Source of the DNA: Octopus sinensis
Lineage: Eukaryota
Direction: 5' to 3'
Assembly (NCBI RefSeq): GCF_006345805.1
Contig: NC_043005.1
Coordinates: 98,518,001-98,582,000, forward strand
DNA: 64,000 nt
Part shown: positions 26,244-39,134 of the stretch, one piece after another
Numbering within the stretch: the stretch's first letter is position 1
Layout of the letters: each line of letters starts with the position of its first letter
Translations under genes and position numbers: made by a program
Notes under the pieces: model-generated
Database searches by the model: none
The model's input: only the letters and a program-made list of their open reading frames with translations
Told to the model about the DNA's origin: nothing

Positions 26244-26845
26244 AATTATTGTATACAGTGCTCAGGTTCACCACAACTTGTCAAAAGTGCGTATAAAGTA
26301 TATGCAGTAATGTACAAATGTCTGGAAAGTAAACAGTGTATGAGTCAGATACATGCTTGCGCGTGTATGGAGGGGAAAAAATCAGGTGTAGTGTTGGCGA
26401 ATCTCAGGAAGCATGGAAGTTTTGAAGGATGCAGTGCTCCAACAACTAACAACTGATGCTGGCAGTTTGTTCCATAATTCAGCAACTCCCAGCATGAAAA
26501 AATGTTTCCGAAAGTCATGGGAGCTGTGCTGTTTTCTGACTTTGTAAATATGTCCACGGGTGTTAGATGGGTGGAGTTTGAAAAGGTGCTCAGAGTTATT
26601 GTTTGTAAGATGGTTAATAATTTTATGGGTGTCTGCCAAGTCAGCTGCCAGACGTTGGAGTTTCAATGTATCCATGCCCAGGGAAGTAAGGCATTCAGAA
26701 TATGGCAAATGCCTGATGGAGGGTATTCTCTTAGTTGCACGTCGCTGAACGGCTTCCAGACGATCAATATCCTGGGCAAGATAGGGGTTCCAGACCGGTG
26801 ATGCAAATTCCAGGAGAGGTCGTACCCCAAGTTATAGCCTGGGGA
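26222..26845 (-). mobile_element. CR1-type LINE 3' fragment
   Basis: Homologous to 43549-44376 (EFASPVWNPYL...AVQRRAT). Confidence 0.88.
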
Positions 26846-27094
26846 ACAATAAACATGAGAGAGTGAGTACTAAACCTTGATGGATACTTACATACATGCT
26901 AAACTGAGTACTGATCTCATTGATAATTCTCTCTTTGCAGACAATATCTCTCACAAGAAATTCATTTACATCTCATTTTCTTAGCAACCAGTAGTTTTCT
27001 CAGCATATTACATGATAGTGTCTTAACACTAGTTTCATCCAATTAAAAATGGTCTCCTGTTGCACATTCTTAATTTTTGTATGATTATCATTGT

Positions 27095-27742
27095 GAAAAA
27101 GTGCCACGCCCTAGCAGTTGAGGGAACCTGTGGAAGAGGCAGACCCAGGAAAACCTGGGATGAGGTAGTGAAGCATGACCTTCGAACATTAGGTCTCACC
27201 AAGGCAATGACTAGTGACCGGGACCTTTGGAAGTATGCTGTGCATGAGAAGACCCGGCAGGACAAGTGAGACCATAACCCGTGGCCTCTACCTGGGATGT
27301 AGCCAGGCCACTTATGCATACCTTTCCTTCTTGGGACGCAAAACTCTGTTTGCGAAGACATGTTGAAGCAAGTGAAATCGAAATCGAAATCGATCAAAAA
27401 CCAATGGAAATTGTAGTTGTGATACCAGTGCCAGTGGCATGTAAAAGAACCATCTGAACGTGGCCGTTGCCAGTGCCGCCTCGACTGGCCTCTGTTTCGG
27501 TGGCACATAAAAAGCACCAACTGATCGTGGCCACTGCCAGCCACCCCTGGCACCTGTGCCGGTGGCATGTAAAAAGCACCCACTACACTCACGGAGTGGT
27601 TGGTGTTAGGAAGGGCATCCAGCTGTAGAAACACTGCCAGATCAGACTGAGCCTGGTGCAGCCTCCTGTCTTCCCAGACCCCAGTCGAACCGTCCAACCC
27701 ATGCTAGCATGGAAAGCGGACGTTAAACAATGATGATGATGG
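27095..27742 (+). mobile_element. RTE-type LINE 3' end (ORF2 C-terminus, 3' UTR, (GAT)n tail)
   Basis: GTCGRGRPRKTWDEVVKHDLRTLGL...DRDLWKYAV, then a UTR with tandem units. Confidence 0.9.
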
Positions 27743-28324
27743 GTAACTGATTTGCAACTTTTAACAGCTTCTTTATGAATAACATCAGATTTGGTAATTT
27801 ATTTGGAGCCATTCTGATATCGGCATCAAGTTACAAGCTGTTTTTATGGAAAACTAACCAAGTTTCAAACTCCAAACGCTTGATTCATTGATAGCAAATC
27901 TAGGTATTTTCACCAACTTGTCATCTAAATATTTATATATACTTTATCAAAGAAACAAGAAGCCTATTTTCAAACAATCAGGAGTGGCAGCTCAACCTAG
28001 CTTGGCCCTACTAACATGACTCATCCTGTTAACTTCAACTATATAAACAGATAATGAGGTATCACCTGACAGGCACTCTTTGGTTAAGAAACACAGCATA
28101 ACTCACTGGTTGATGTCAGCAAAACCATTGTCACTGTTGCACATCATCAATGGCAACAGTGAGAAACTATCAAAGTAATTTGTGACATTTATAATCAATT
28201 AGGTCATGTTGTTACTTATACACACTGAAAACACTTATCAAATTGATCCACAACCACCAGTTTTTCACTGCTGTTACTAGCATACACATATACTATCCAC
28301 AGTTCAAACATACTCACACATGCT

Positions 28325-28712
28325 CTTTACTCTTTTATTTGTTTCAGTCATTTGACTGCGGCCATGCTGGAGCACCACCTTTAGTCGAGCAAATTGACCC
28401 CAGTCTTTGTAAGCCTAGTACTTGTTCTATCAGCCTCTTTTGCCGAACCGCTAAGTTACGGGGATGTAAACACACCAGCATCGATTGTCAAGCAATGTTG
28501 GGGGGAAAAACACAGACACACAAACACATATATATACATATACATATATACAACGGGCTTCTTTCAGTTTCCGTCTACCAAATCCACTCACAAGGCTTTG
28601 GTCAGCCCGAGGCTATAGTAGAAGACACTTGCCCAAGGTGCCACGCAGTGGGACTGAACCCAGAACCATGTGGTTGGTAAGCAAGCTACTTACCACACAG
28701 CCACTCCTGCAC
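28325..28712 (-). mobile_element. tRNA-derived SINE (family B)
   Basis: Head ggagtggctgtgtggtaag...gggttcagtcccactg, internal (TA)/(TG) spacer, gagtaaaa tail. Confidence 0.88.
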
Positions 28713-28914
28713 CTGGTAGCACAAGTGCTCATAAACACAAATGCTGAAGTTTTGTTTACCAAAAAATATTTAACACTTTCTCTATATGGGGTGGCAGAGG
28801 TTCCAACCAATCAAAACAATGGAAGTACATTATATCAGTTACATACATTTATACCACAACCCAAACATTACACTAATAGCAGTGTAAGGGTGCTATTTCA
28901 TATGAAATGCTCAA

Positions 28915-29130
28915 ATACCTATTTCTTTATTACCCACAAGAGGCTAAACAGAGAGAGGACAAACAGATTAAATCGATTATATTGACCCCAGTGCGTAACT
29001 GGTACTTATTTAATTGACCCCGAAAGGATGAAAGGCAAAGTTGACCTCAGCGGAATTTGAACTTTGAACGTAGTGGCAGACGAAATACTGCTAAGCATTT
29101 CGCCCGGCATGCTAATGCTTCTGCCAGCTC
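28915..29130 (-). mobile_element. Family A SINE
   Basis: Near full-length match to the 32332 copy. Confidence 0.85.
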
Positions 29131-31739
29131 AATACCACAAATACATATGTATCCAAACATATCTGTATATTGGAATCAATTTTTATAACACATGGAAGAA
29201 GCATTCCTACATATGTAATAGCAGTCTTTCATGGTTTATTGAGTAGATAGAGTATTAGATTACTCTCTGAAGCAGCAATTATTTAGATCTCATCAGCAGC
29301 GAAGCACGTATTTCACCTAACTCTAAATAGATTCTGTGAATTAGAACAGCTTACTTCGGTAGTTCTAAATAACTAAACAAATATCTAATTAAGTTGCTTA
29401 GTTGAAGACTTCTTTACTCCATAATTCTAATACTTTGGCTCACATACTGAATTATAAATCTGCTGTTCATAAAGGAAATGGTAAGGCAACCAGTAGACAA
29501 TTAGCTTTGAATCTAGTTATATCCGAAGTGCCTTAGCTGTTGAGTTAGTCTTCTGTAGTACTAAATATTCAAATGTTAAACATATTTTCATATTTCAAAA
29601 GGACCACATTAATCCAAAAATCCAGAACCCAAAGACTTCCTCTTTCTCAGAAATTAAGTTGACAGTTAATATTGTAAACCAACTAATTAATATGTCATCT
29701 ATTGTAAAGCAAAAAGCTTCTACTCAACTGTTTCAAATCTTTTATATAAAACCATACTTAATAGTGTAGGTAGCAGAGTGGCAGAGGTGAAGAAAATCCA
29801 TTAAGCCAAACAAAATTCCCATATATCAAAATGTAGAAAGCCTCCAAAATTGAATAGAACAATAAAACTCAAATTGTTCTTTATTATTAGCATTTCATCT
29901 GCTATGGAGTATATGTTTCACAACCCATTCCAAAGATATATCTATATCAATTTCTAATTAAATCATTTAAGAATAAGTACATATATATGTGTGTAAAAGT
30001 GTATGGATTTATGAGTACAGAAGAATTCACACCATATTTTATTCTTTTTTAAAAAACAGACTTTATTTTTATAAGGTGAAATGAATATAATCAATACGAT
30101 ATATTACTGGTATTAACCTTGATTGGATGAAACAAAAATGAGTCGTGTATGATTTGAAATTCAAAAAGGGAAACATTGAATTAAATATTGTGAAGGACCG
30201 GCTTCATGTTCTTATCTTTTTGGGGAACAATGTTGGAAGGGAGTTAACTTTTAATCATTTTTTGGCATAACAAAAGATAAAGCTATTTATTTTTCTCACA
30301 GTAAATCTATTTAATTGCTTATTCATAATGATATTTATTAACAAAGTAATCAGCTCTGTTGACTTCTGTGTTATATTCATGTACATTAGCAAAATAAGTG
30401 AAGTGAAAGAGCAACAACACAGACTCAAAACTCTTCCTTTAAATCAGTGGCTGCAATTAATGTTTTATCAGAACATCACACATCATTGTAACTAAATTGA
30501 CATTAGGGTAAGCTCACATTTAAAATCATTCTTTTAGAAACTGGTTGGCCCATATTTTTATGAAGTCAATAAATTTCTCCAGAATTAGAGAGAAAGGGCT
30601 TAACCATTTTAAGCATTGGAAAATGAATACAACTTCAAAGATTGCTTAAATTTAATTTAATAACCAAATCATTTTTAGGATATATTTAAAAAATTTTTCA
30701 ATTATTGATAAGCTTAATCCCTATATCTATAAACACATAAGATGTAGATGGAAATAAGACATGCCATCTTTCTCAAGAATATATTTCATGGGAGGGGAAA
30801 TGTATTTTCCAACAATATTTATTGACAGGGATAAAATCAAATCTAAATTTTGAACCATGCTATCTAGTTGATATAACTTTAGTCTATGATCACAAGTCAT
30901 AATAAAGCACAGTATCACATAATGTGAAATTCTTAACAGCTTTTAATAAGCATTAAATAGCATTCAGTGATGACATGTAAGAAATAATATATTTAGCCAA
31001 TGTAACATATATCAAATTATCAAAGTTGAAAAAGATAGTGGCCCATCAAAAAGATGAGGGTTTGTATTGCATAAGCAACAAAGGCACTTAACTTTCAAGG
31101 ATTTCATCCACTTAGCTGTAAATTATATCATAGGAATTAATTGCTGCAGTAACTTTATAATTGAAGAGGCTGACCACACAAAGCTCAAATTCTCTTCTTG
31201 AAGGCAATGAAAAACTTCTCATATATTTTCTTGTATCGCTATATGACTTCAGTGAACCGGTGAGGAACTACTTATTTTAAGTGTTATAGTGAAGCAGACA
31301 CTGACATGGAGACATTTGAGGATGAAAACATCGTAAAAATTTTGCTGAGACTCAGAAAATGAGACAGAATTAAGAGAACTTAAAAGAGACAATGTAGCTG
31401 CTTATTTTGTTTAGGATAGTCACATTTTTGTCTTTAAATTCTTTGAAGTCTGAATATCGTTCATAAACAAAAAAAAACTGAGGATTAAAAGAAACCTCCA
31501 TTTGGCAATTTGTTTTAGTTTTGACATTGAAATAATTCTTCCCCTGAGATGAATCCACTGAATAGCTGAAGCAAAATTTAATTTTATAGACACGATTAAA
31601 TATTCCAGATAAATAATTTTTAAATACGTTAAATTTCCGTTGTATAAGTATTTAAACATAAAGACAGTTTTTCCATATTTTTACAATATATTTCAATACT
31701 ATTATGTTTCTATAAAAATCCTCCTAAATTCAGTTATCA

Positions 31740-31868
31740 TTACGTTGGTTGCTTTGGTTTGATTCTCCAATATTCTTCTGTCATCATCTCACTTAGTCGT
31801 GACCTTGTTCGACTAAAGGCAAAAAGTTCTTCTTCTCCAGTAAATATACTAGACTGAGCCAAATCACT
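31740..31868 (-). CDS. AFG1L: AFG1-like ATPase terminal exon 13 (SDLAQSSIFTGEEELFAFSRTRSRLSEMMTEEYWRIKPKQPT*)
   Basis: FTGEEExFAFxRTxSRLxEM motif. Stop TAA at 31740-31742. Tandem CAGCAG acceptor. Confidence 0.97.
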   Translation of the reverse strand, partial: SDLAQSSIFTGEEELFAFSRTRSRLSEMMTEEYWRIKPKQPT

Positions 31869-32331
31869 CTGCTGCATAAATAAATAAATAAATAAATAAA
31901 TATTAGATAGATTTGCAGTTTCAGGGATTTACAAGAAAAAACAACAGGATGTTATGATATTGATCATTGTCCATAAAATATTATCAACACAAATAACAAA
32001 ATTGTTTTTTATTAAAGGCCTGTAGCCAATGGTAATTATTTTATCCAACTTGGGGAAATGAAAGGCAAAGTTCACCAAGCAGAACTTCAGCATAAAATAT
32101 AGTAGTGTGAAAATGCTAGCATTAAAACAAAGAGTGAACTATAAATATTGTATATCATGGATACTGTATATTGCAAACATGTTATTGATATGTTAATGAT
32201 GGTATATGCTTTCTGCGTTTGCTCATGACTAGGTATATAGATATTGTAAGTTTCATAAGCTTGGTCAAGGTGACCAAAATAGTGAAAAGGAACTGATACA
32301 AATGAGATTCATTGAAGGTATTATCATACAT

Positions 32332-32743
32332 AAGGCGGCGAGCTGGCAGAATCGTTAGCACGCCGGGTGAAATGCGTAGCCGTATTTCGTCTGCTGTTAC
32401 GTCCTGAGTTCAAATTCCGCCGAGGTTGACTTTGCCTTTCATCCTTTCGGGGTCGATTAAATAAGTACCAGTTACGCACTGGGGTCGATATAATCGACTT
32501 AATCCATTTATCTGTCCTTGTTTGTCCCTTCTGTGTTTAGCCCCTTATGGGTAGTAAAGAAATAGGTATTTTGTCTGCCGCTACGTTCTGAGTTCAAATT
32601 CCGCCGAGGTCGACTTTGCCTTTCATCCTTTCGGGGTCGATTAAATAAGTACCAGTTACGCACTGGGTCAATATAATCAACTTAATCCGTTTGCCTGTCC
32701 TTGTTCATCCCCTCTGTGTTTAGCCCCATGTGGGTAGTAAAAT
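32332..32743 (+). mobile_element. Family A SINE dimer with 16-bp TSD
   Basis: Body tandemly duplicated. TSD AGGTATTATCATACAT at 32316-32331 and 32744-32759. Confidence 0.92.
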
Positions 32744-33044
32744 AGGTATTATCATACATTCCAAAAACCAAAAATGTTGAAACAGCAGCAGTTGGGGAAT
32801 GAAAAGGTATATATTTGTGGTGACTATGAGGTAAATATTAGTCACAAGATTTGTTCAAACTTTTATCAAATCCCATGTGTTGAATCTGCCTTTTGCTGTT
32901 AGCTTGCATGAAATTTTGGATGAAAAGATACTTATGTACCCTTCTGAATCAGACATCTTTCTTTACAGTAAATTCTACTGGTCAGTATTGGAAAGATAAA
33001 ATTTATTGGTCAGCCTAACAAGGATATACAATGTATTCATAAAC

Positions 33045-33583
33045 CTAGCAAGGCTACATAATGTACTCTTCCTATAGGAAAATGCATTATAGGAAAGTCA
33101 TTACAGCAGGCCTATATTATTGTGGCCAAAAAGAAAATAAATTACCTTTGCACATTAGAAAATATAATAAAGACTAGCTATTTTGAGCCGTGCTTCACTC
33201 GGGTTTTGGTGGTGTTTTGTGCTTATTGTCTCCTTTTCCCTTTCTTCTTTTGTTTGTCTTCTTTGCCTGGTTCTTTTTATTGCCCTCTTCTTTACCCCCC
33301 CCCTTTCCAAAATCCCCCAAATTTTTACACCCACATTTAAAGATAACCACCTCTAGCCCCTGCAGCAACACGAAAAGCCACCATTATTCAAACAGCGCAA
33401 CATGTCTATCCCATAAAACTCAATTTTTCCCATATGGCAACCAAATTGCCCACCCCATTTTACCCCCCATTGTAAATTTTGGTGCCAATCCAACCCCATC
33501 TACTGCCCCTTAAACCGTCCCATCCCAAAATGAGACAAATAACCAAGAAATCAAACAACTTTTTCACATTTCAGCTTTATAGA
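33045..33583 (-). mobile_element. Probable Helitron-like element
   Basis: Minus strand begins A|TCTATAAAG and ends in CTAG. No clear 3' hairpin. Confidence 0.4.
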
Positions 33584-33817
33584 TATTGATAACAACTGAA
33601 AATAAAATAAAATTTTCTATGTATGAGCTGTTATACAGGCAGTGAGAAAATAGGAAGTTGTGATGCTAATACTTTTCTTCACGATGAATACTAATGAGAG
33701 CTGTAGCTGGATTAACTATCCAAACAATAACTGTCTGTATCCAACTAAACTAAATCTCTGACGAAAAAGTACCTCAATATTCACAGTCCATTTCACATAA
33801 ATTTAAATGTAGTTAAG

Positions 33818-34135
33818 ACACCTGTGCCGGTGACACATAAAAAGCACCATCCAAACGTGGCAGATGCCAACGCCGCCTGGCTGGCGTCCGTGACAGGTAA
33901 AAGCACCAACCGATCGTGGCCACTTGCCAGCCTGCTCTGGCCCCTGTGCTGGTGGCACGTAAAAAATACCCACTACACTCACGGAGTGGTTGGCGTTAGG
34001 AAGGGCATCCAACTGTAGAAACTCTGCCAAATCAGACTGGAGCCTGGTGCAGCCTCCATGGCTTCCAGACCCCAGTTGAACCGTCCAACCCATGCTAGCA
34101 TGGAAAACGGACATTAAATGATGATGATGTTGATG
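33818..34135 (+). mobile_element. RTE 3' UTR fragment with three tandem units
   Basis: Matches 27420-27742. Confidence 0.85.
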
Positions 34136-34288
34136 ATTAGCTTACAATATTGAGTTTAAATCTCACCAGGGTTGATTTTTGCCTACAAATAACAATAGTT
34201 CCAGAGTGATATTATCTAATGTTTAGTTATTGTTGCTTAGTTAACTCTTGCAGTTCAAGTAATAGCATAGTAGCTTCCTTGTCATATA

Positions 34289-34679
34289 CCTATTTCTTTA
34301 CTACCCACAAGGGGCTAAACACAGAAGGGACAAACAAGGACAGACAAACGGATTAAGTCGATTATATCGACTCCAGTGCGTAACTGGTACTTATTTAATC
34401 GACCTCGGAAGGATGAAAGGCAAAGTTGACCTTGGCGGAATTTGAACTCAGAACGTAACGGCAGATGAAATACCTATTTCTTTATTACCCACAAGGGGCT
34501 AAACATAGAGAGGACAAACAAGGACAGAAATAGGTATTAAGTTGATTACATCAACCCGAGTGCGTAACTGGTACTTAATTTATCGATCCCGAAAGGATGA
34601 AAGGCAAAGTTGACCTTGGCGGAATTTGAACTCAGAACGTAACAGCAGACGAAATACCGCTAAGCATTTCGCCCGGCGT
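34289..34679 (-). mobile_element. Family A SINE dimer with 16-bp TSD
   Basis: TSD GCTTCCTTGTCATATA at 34273-34288 and 34680-34695. Confidence 0.92.
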
Positions 34680-35111
34680 GCTTCCTTGTCATATATCAAG
34701 GTCAACTCAACCAAATATAACGCTTTCCTACAAACGTGTGGCCTTATATCATTAGAATCATTTGTTATATTCTAAGAAATAGATGGATATAAAGATGTCT
34801 TTCGAATTTGTAATCAAAGCTTTCAGAAAAGGGACATTCTTATCAATTGTTGGCCTCACTGATTAAAAAAACTTTTAAGAGGAAGATAATACCTGTTACA
34901 GAGATTATAGGTGAATTGGTACTGAAAAGCCAGTTTACCCATCTTCTCTGTGAGTCTTTTAGTTCTTTACAAAGTGGAAGAAGCCTTGAAAAATTGAATG
35001 CTGATTATACAAAGAAGTACAAAGATTTCTCCAAGAAGTCTTTGTGTTTCTTCAGAATTGTTCTCCACCACATGAGCTACTGACATTTTTGTAAATTCAA
35101 GACATACTCAC

Positions 35112-35228
35112 CGAATGAATCCCTAGATCATCCATCAACATACTGTGATCTTGTTGGCATTTCACATTGAATTCGCCAATATAAAATATCAGGGACAGTT
35201 TCACTTCAGCTGAAATGATCAACTTCAC
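35112..35228 (-). CDS. AFG1L: AFG1-like ATPase exon 12 (VKLIISAEVKLSLIFYIGEFNVKCQQDHSMLMDDLGIHS)
   Basis: LMDDLG motif. 117 nt, AG/GTGAGT. Confidence 0.95.
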
Positions 35229-36139
35229 CTGAAATTGTAGAAACAAAACAAAAACGAATGTTTAATGCTGTAAGTGTGACACTTGTTACTTGTCATTCTC
35301 AACTTCAAGGAATAATGTTCAGATGTGATAAGCATAAGGCTAATTTCTTCAGAAGGTTGTACAATTTATTAAATCAAAACCTGGGCATTACTAGCATTAA
35401 TCCCATCTTAACTTTTATCCCCTTACCCAATCACTTCTCCTAACAACTCTTCAATTGTGCCCTCTTCTGTCTGTACCACAATTTATACAGATCCTCTCAG
35501 CTTTCTTACTGCATTAGAATCTCAAGAAAACCACTCCTTTCTCATCTTCGTGGCACCACCACTCTCTCTCGTTTCCAATACTTTAAACTAAACCCTTCCT
35601 CCAGTTATTTTTTAATTCCAAACTATATCTCCCCAGAATTTGCTTCTTAACCAAATTTTTCTCACAATTTTGTATCAATTCAATGACAACATCAATAACA
35701 TTAATGTAAGCCACATGGTTCTGAGTTCAATCCCACTCAGAGATACCTTGGACAGGTGTTTTCAAATGTAGCCACAGGTTCATCAATTCCTTGTGAGAGG
35801 AATCTGAAAGACAGGAACTGTGTAGAAGCTTATAGCACATAGCTTTATCATTTCATACCTGATTTTCATTCTGGTATTTGATTGGTCAGAATGTAATCAT
35901 TTAAGTTAGTTGTTATTCACGGTTATGGCCCTCCTACATGAGCCACAGAACCACAACTCACTTATTTCTCAATTTTTAGTGAAGTTTCTATAGCCAGATG
36001 CTTTTCCTAACACCAATTACTTTACAATGTATTGAGTGCATTTTATCGAAGAATCAGCACTAGATAGGCTGTCCCATTGCTTGGAAAGGCTAAAGAGACC
36101 CACTCTACTCTATATTGTTCCTCATCATTTACCAGAGCA

Positions 36140-36345
36140 CATGGCCACTGCCAGCCTCCTCTGGCACGTAAAAAGCACCCACTACACTCATGGAGTGGTT
36201 GGCGTTAGGAAGGGCATCCAGCTGTAGAAACACTGCCAGATCAGACTGGAGCCTGGTGCAGCCACCTGGCTTCCCAGACCCCGGTTGAACCATCCAACCC
36301 TTGCTAGCACGGAAAACAGACGTTAAACGATGATGATGATGATTT
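36140..36345 (+). mobile_element. RTE 3' UTR fragment
   Basis: ggcacgtaaaaagcacccactacactc... through to the (GAT)n tail. Confidence 0.85.
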
Positions 36346-36871
36346 TATGTAGCATCAGCAACTAGGCAGATTGTCTTCATTTCTTCAAGGCAAACATGAC
36401 TGAAACAGAAGAGAGAGTATGAGTATGAATGATGGTGGTGGTCTGTTAATGATAGCAGAAGTATCAGTGGATGTATCAAGAAAGACAATTTCATTGGTAT
36501 AGATATGTACTGGAAATAAATGATCAAGTTAGGTAAAAAAAAAGTTGTTGTTCAGCCCTGGGTCAGCTTCATTGAGCAAACTTATAATCAAAGATATCTC
36601 AGATTGGAGCAGTTTGCTTTTAAGATCTCTTTGTCTAAAGTACACTTTCCCTTGTAAGATAATAGGGTGAGATTTGAACAGCATTCAGGCTCCTTGTTGA
36701 CTTGTGTATAAAAATTTTTTGGTGTTGATGTAGTGTTCTTTGGTCTACTTCTACATGTGGTAGAAGTAGGTTAAGGAAGGCTTTGAAAGAAGTATGTATT
36801 ACAAAATTGAGAGTGCTGTATCTCTTAGATGAAACAGTCAAGATGCATGAAAAATTGGCATGTGACAAGCA

Positions 36872-37047
36872 TTACTCTTTTACTTGTTTCAGTCATATTT
36901 GACTGTGGCCATACTGGAGCACCGCCTTTAGTCGAGCAAATCGACCCCAGGACTTATTCTATCGGTCTCTTTTACCAAACCACTAAGTGACGGGGATGTA
37001 AACACACCAGCATCGGTTGTCAAGCTATGTTGGGGGGACAAACACAA

Positions 37048-37078
<31 letters not shown>

Positions 37079-37232
37079 CATATATACCATGGGCTTCTTT
37101 CAGTTTCCGTCTACCAAATCCACTCACAAGGCTTTGGTCGGCCCGAGGCTATAGTAGAAGACATTTGCCCAAGGTGCCACGCAGTGGAACTGAACCCGGA
37201 ACCATGTGGTTGGTAAGCAAGCTACTTACCAC
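36872..37232 (-). mobile_element. Family B SINE, slightly 5'-truncated
   Basis: Matches 28325-28712. Confidence 0.88.
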
Positions 37233-37368
37233 AATGAGATTCGTTGAAGGTATTATCATACATTCCATATTGTAGTAGGAGAAAGTAAATGTTAAATCCA
37301 TGAAGAAGATGATTGTGTTTACATTCAACAAACAATCTATTATAAAGAAGAAAAAGAAGTTAACTTAC

Positions 37369-37509
37369 TTGGTTATCATATAATGTATCTATTAAGGTGA
37401 CAAATCGGCGTGCTGCTGTCCTGTTGTTCAAGGACATGGCTGGAACATTACGTAAAATAATAACATCAAAATGTCGACATATCTCTAAGTAATCTATGGC
37501 GCCAAGAGC
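37369..37509 (-). CDS. AFG1L: AFG1-like ATPase exon 11 (ALGAIDYLEICRHFDVIILRNVPAMSLNNRTAARRFVTLIDTLYDNQ)
   Basis: LGAxDYL and RRFxTLID motifs. 141 nt, AG/GTAAGT. Confidence 0.97.
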
Positions 37510-37574
37510 CTGAAACAACAATGGTATATTGATAAGAAAACAATTATTTCTTGATATTTATGCTTGTCTTAAAG

Positions 37575-38135
37575 ATCACCCGAATGGTGCCTTTTAAGTG
37601 CCACTGGCACGGAAGCCGGTTAGCCGCTCTGTCAACGATCACGCTCGTATGGTGCTCTATGCACCCTGCTAGCATGGATGCCAGTCATCGATTTTGATTT
37701 TGATTGATTTCACTTGCCTCAACAGGTCTTCGCTGGCACTTGTGCCCGTGCTAGTAGGGTACCAAGAGCACCTTCCAAGCGTGATTGTTGCCAGAGCAGC
37801 CAACTAGCTTCTGTGCCAGTGACATGTAAAAGGGCATCATTCGAGCGTGATCGTTACCAACGTTGCCTTACTGGCACCTGTGCCAGTGGCATGTGTAAAA
37901 AGATTCGAGCGAGGTTGTTGCCAGTACCACCTGACTGGCCCCCGTGCCGGTGGTACGTAAAGAGCACCCACAACACTCTCGGAGTGGTTGGTATTAGGAA
38001 GGGCATCCAGCTGTAGGAACTTTGCCAGATCAAGATTGGAGCTTGGTACAGCCATCTGGTTCGCCAGCCCTCAGTCAAAATCGTCCAACCCATGCTAGCA
38101 TGGAAAGTGGACGTTAAACGATGATGATAATGATG
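37575..38135 (+). mobile_element. RTE 3' UTR (variant) with several tandem units
   Basis: Repeated gtgccagtggca/gtaaaa units and the conserved terminal ~170 nt. Confidence 0.8.
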
Positions 38136-38334
38136 ATAAGGAGGAAATTAAAATGAAAGAGCTAGAATCTGCTCAGAGATTCACTTCAATTGCAACTAAC
38201 CCTTTATTTTATGTTGCTCTTTATCAGGATACTTTCCTTTCATGAGTCACCGGGTCTTGTATTTTAAAGGAAGCAAAAATCGATCATTATAATATTCCTG
38301 CTTTCACCAGGGACATGAGCAGTGTTGCCACATT

Positions 38335-39120
38335 CATCATCATTTAATGTTTGTTGTCCATGCTGGCATGGGGGGTTGGATGGTTTGACCAGGGCTGGTA
38401 AGCTGAGGGGCTACACCAGTCTCCAGTCTGATTTGGTATTTCTACAGCTGGATGCCCTTCCTAACACCAACCACTCCAGGAGTAATAAGTGCTTTTACCT
38501 GCCAGCAGCATGGGTACCAGTTATGTGACACAGACATCAGCCACATTGCCTCTGTGTGGGTTAACGCTCGAATGATGCGTTTTACATGTCACTGGCACAG
38601 GTGCCAATTACATTTCACTGGCATCACGGGCACCAGTTACATGACACCGGCTTTGGCTACATTGCTTCCATGGGGTGCAATGTCCGAATGGTGCTTCTTA
38701 TGCATCTCTGGCACAGGTGCCAGTTATGTGACACAGGCATCGGCCACATTGCCTCTGTGAGGTCAAACGTGTGAATGGTGCTTTTCATGTGCCAGTTACA
38801 CGGCACCAGCATCAGTCATTACTACAATATCACTTGGCTTGATGGGTCTTCTTAAGCAAGGCATATCCCCAAAGGTCTTGGTCACTAGTCATTGCCTCTG
38901 TGAGGTCCAATGTTCAAAGATCATGCTTCACCACCTCGTCCAGGGTCTACCTCTACTACAGGTTCCCTCTACAGTTAGAGATCAGCACTTCTTTACACAG
39001 CTGTCCTCGTCCATATGCCTCACGTGACCATACCAGTGCAGTTGTCTCTCTTGCACACCACACCTGATGCCTCTTATTTCAAACTATTCTTCTAAGACAC
39101 TTACGCTCTGTCATACATTA
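38335..39120 (-). mobile_element. Degenerate RTE 3' end with ~63-bp tandem array
   Basis: (CAT)n start, tandem units at 38480-38810, ORF2 remnant GTCSRGRP near 38950. Confidence 0.75.
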
Positions 39121-39134
39121 TAACGAAATAATAA

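Noticed and set aside
29270-29330. Minus-strand GAAA...CTGATGA as a type II hammerhead
   Set aside because: Stem I and the cleavage triplet cannot be formed.
31370-31659. Two short minus-strand ORFs downstream of AFG1L
   Set aside because: No recognisable motif. They are likely chance ORFs in the 3' UTR.
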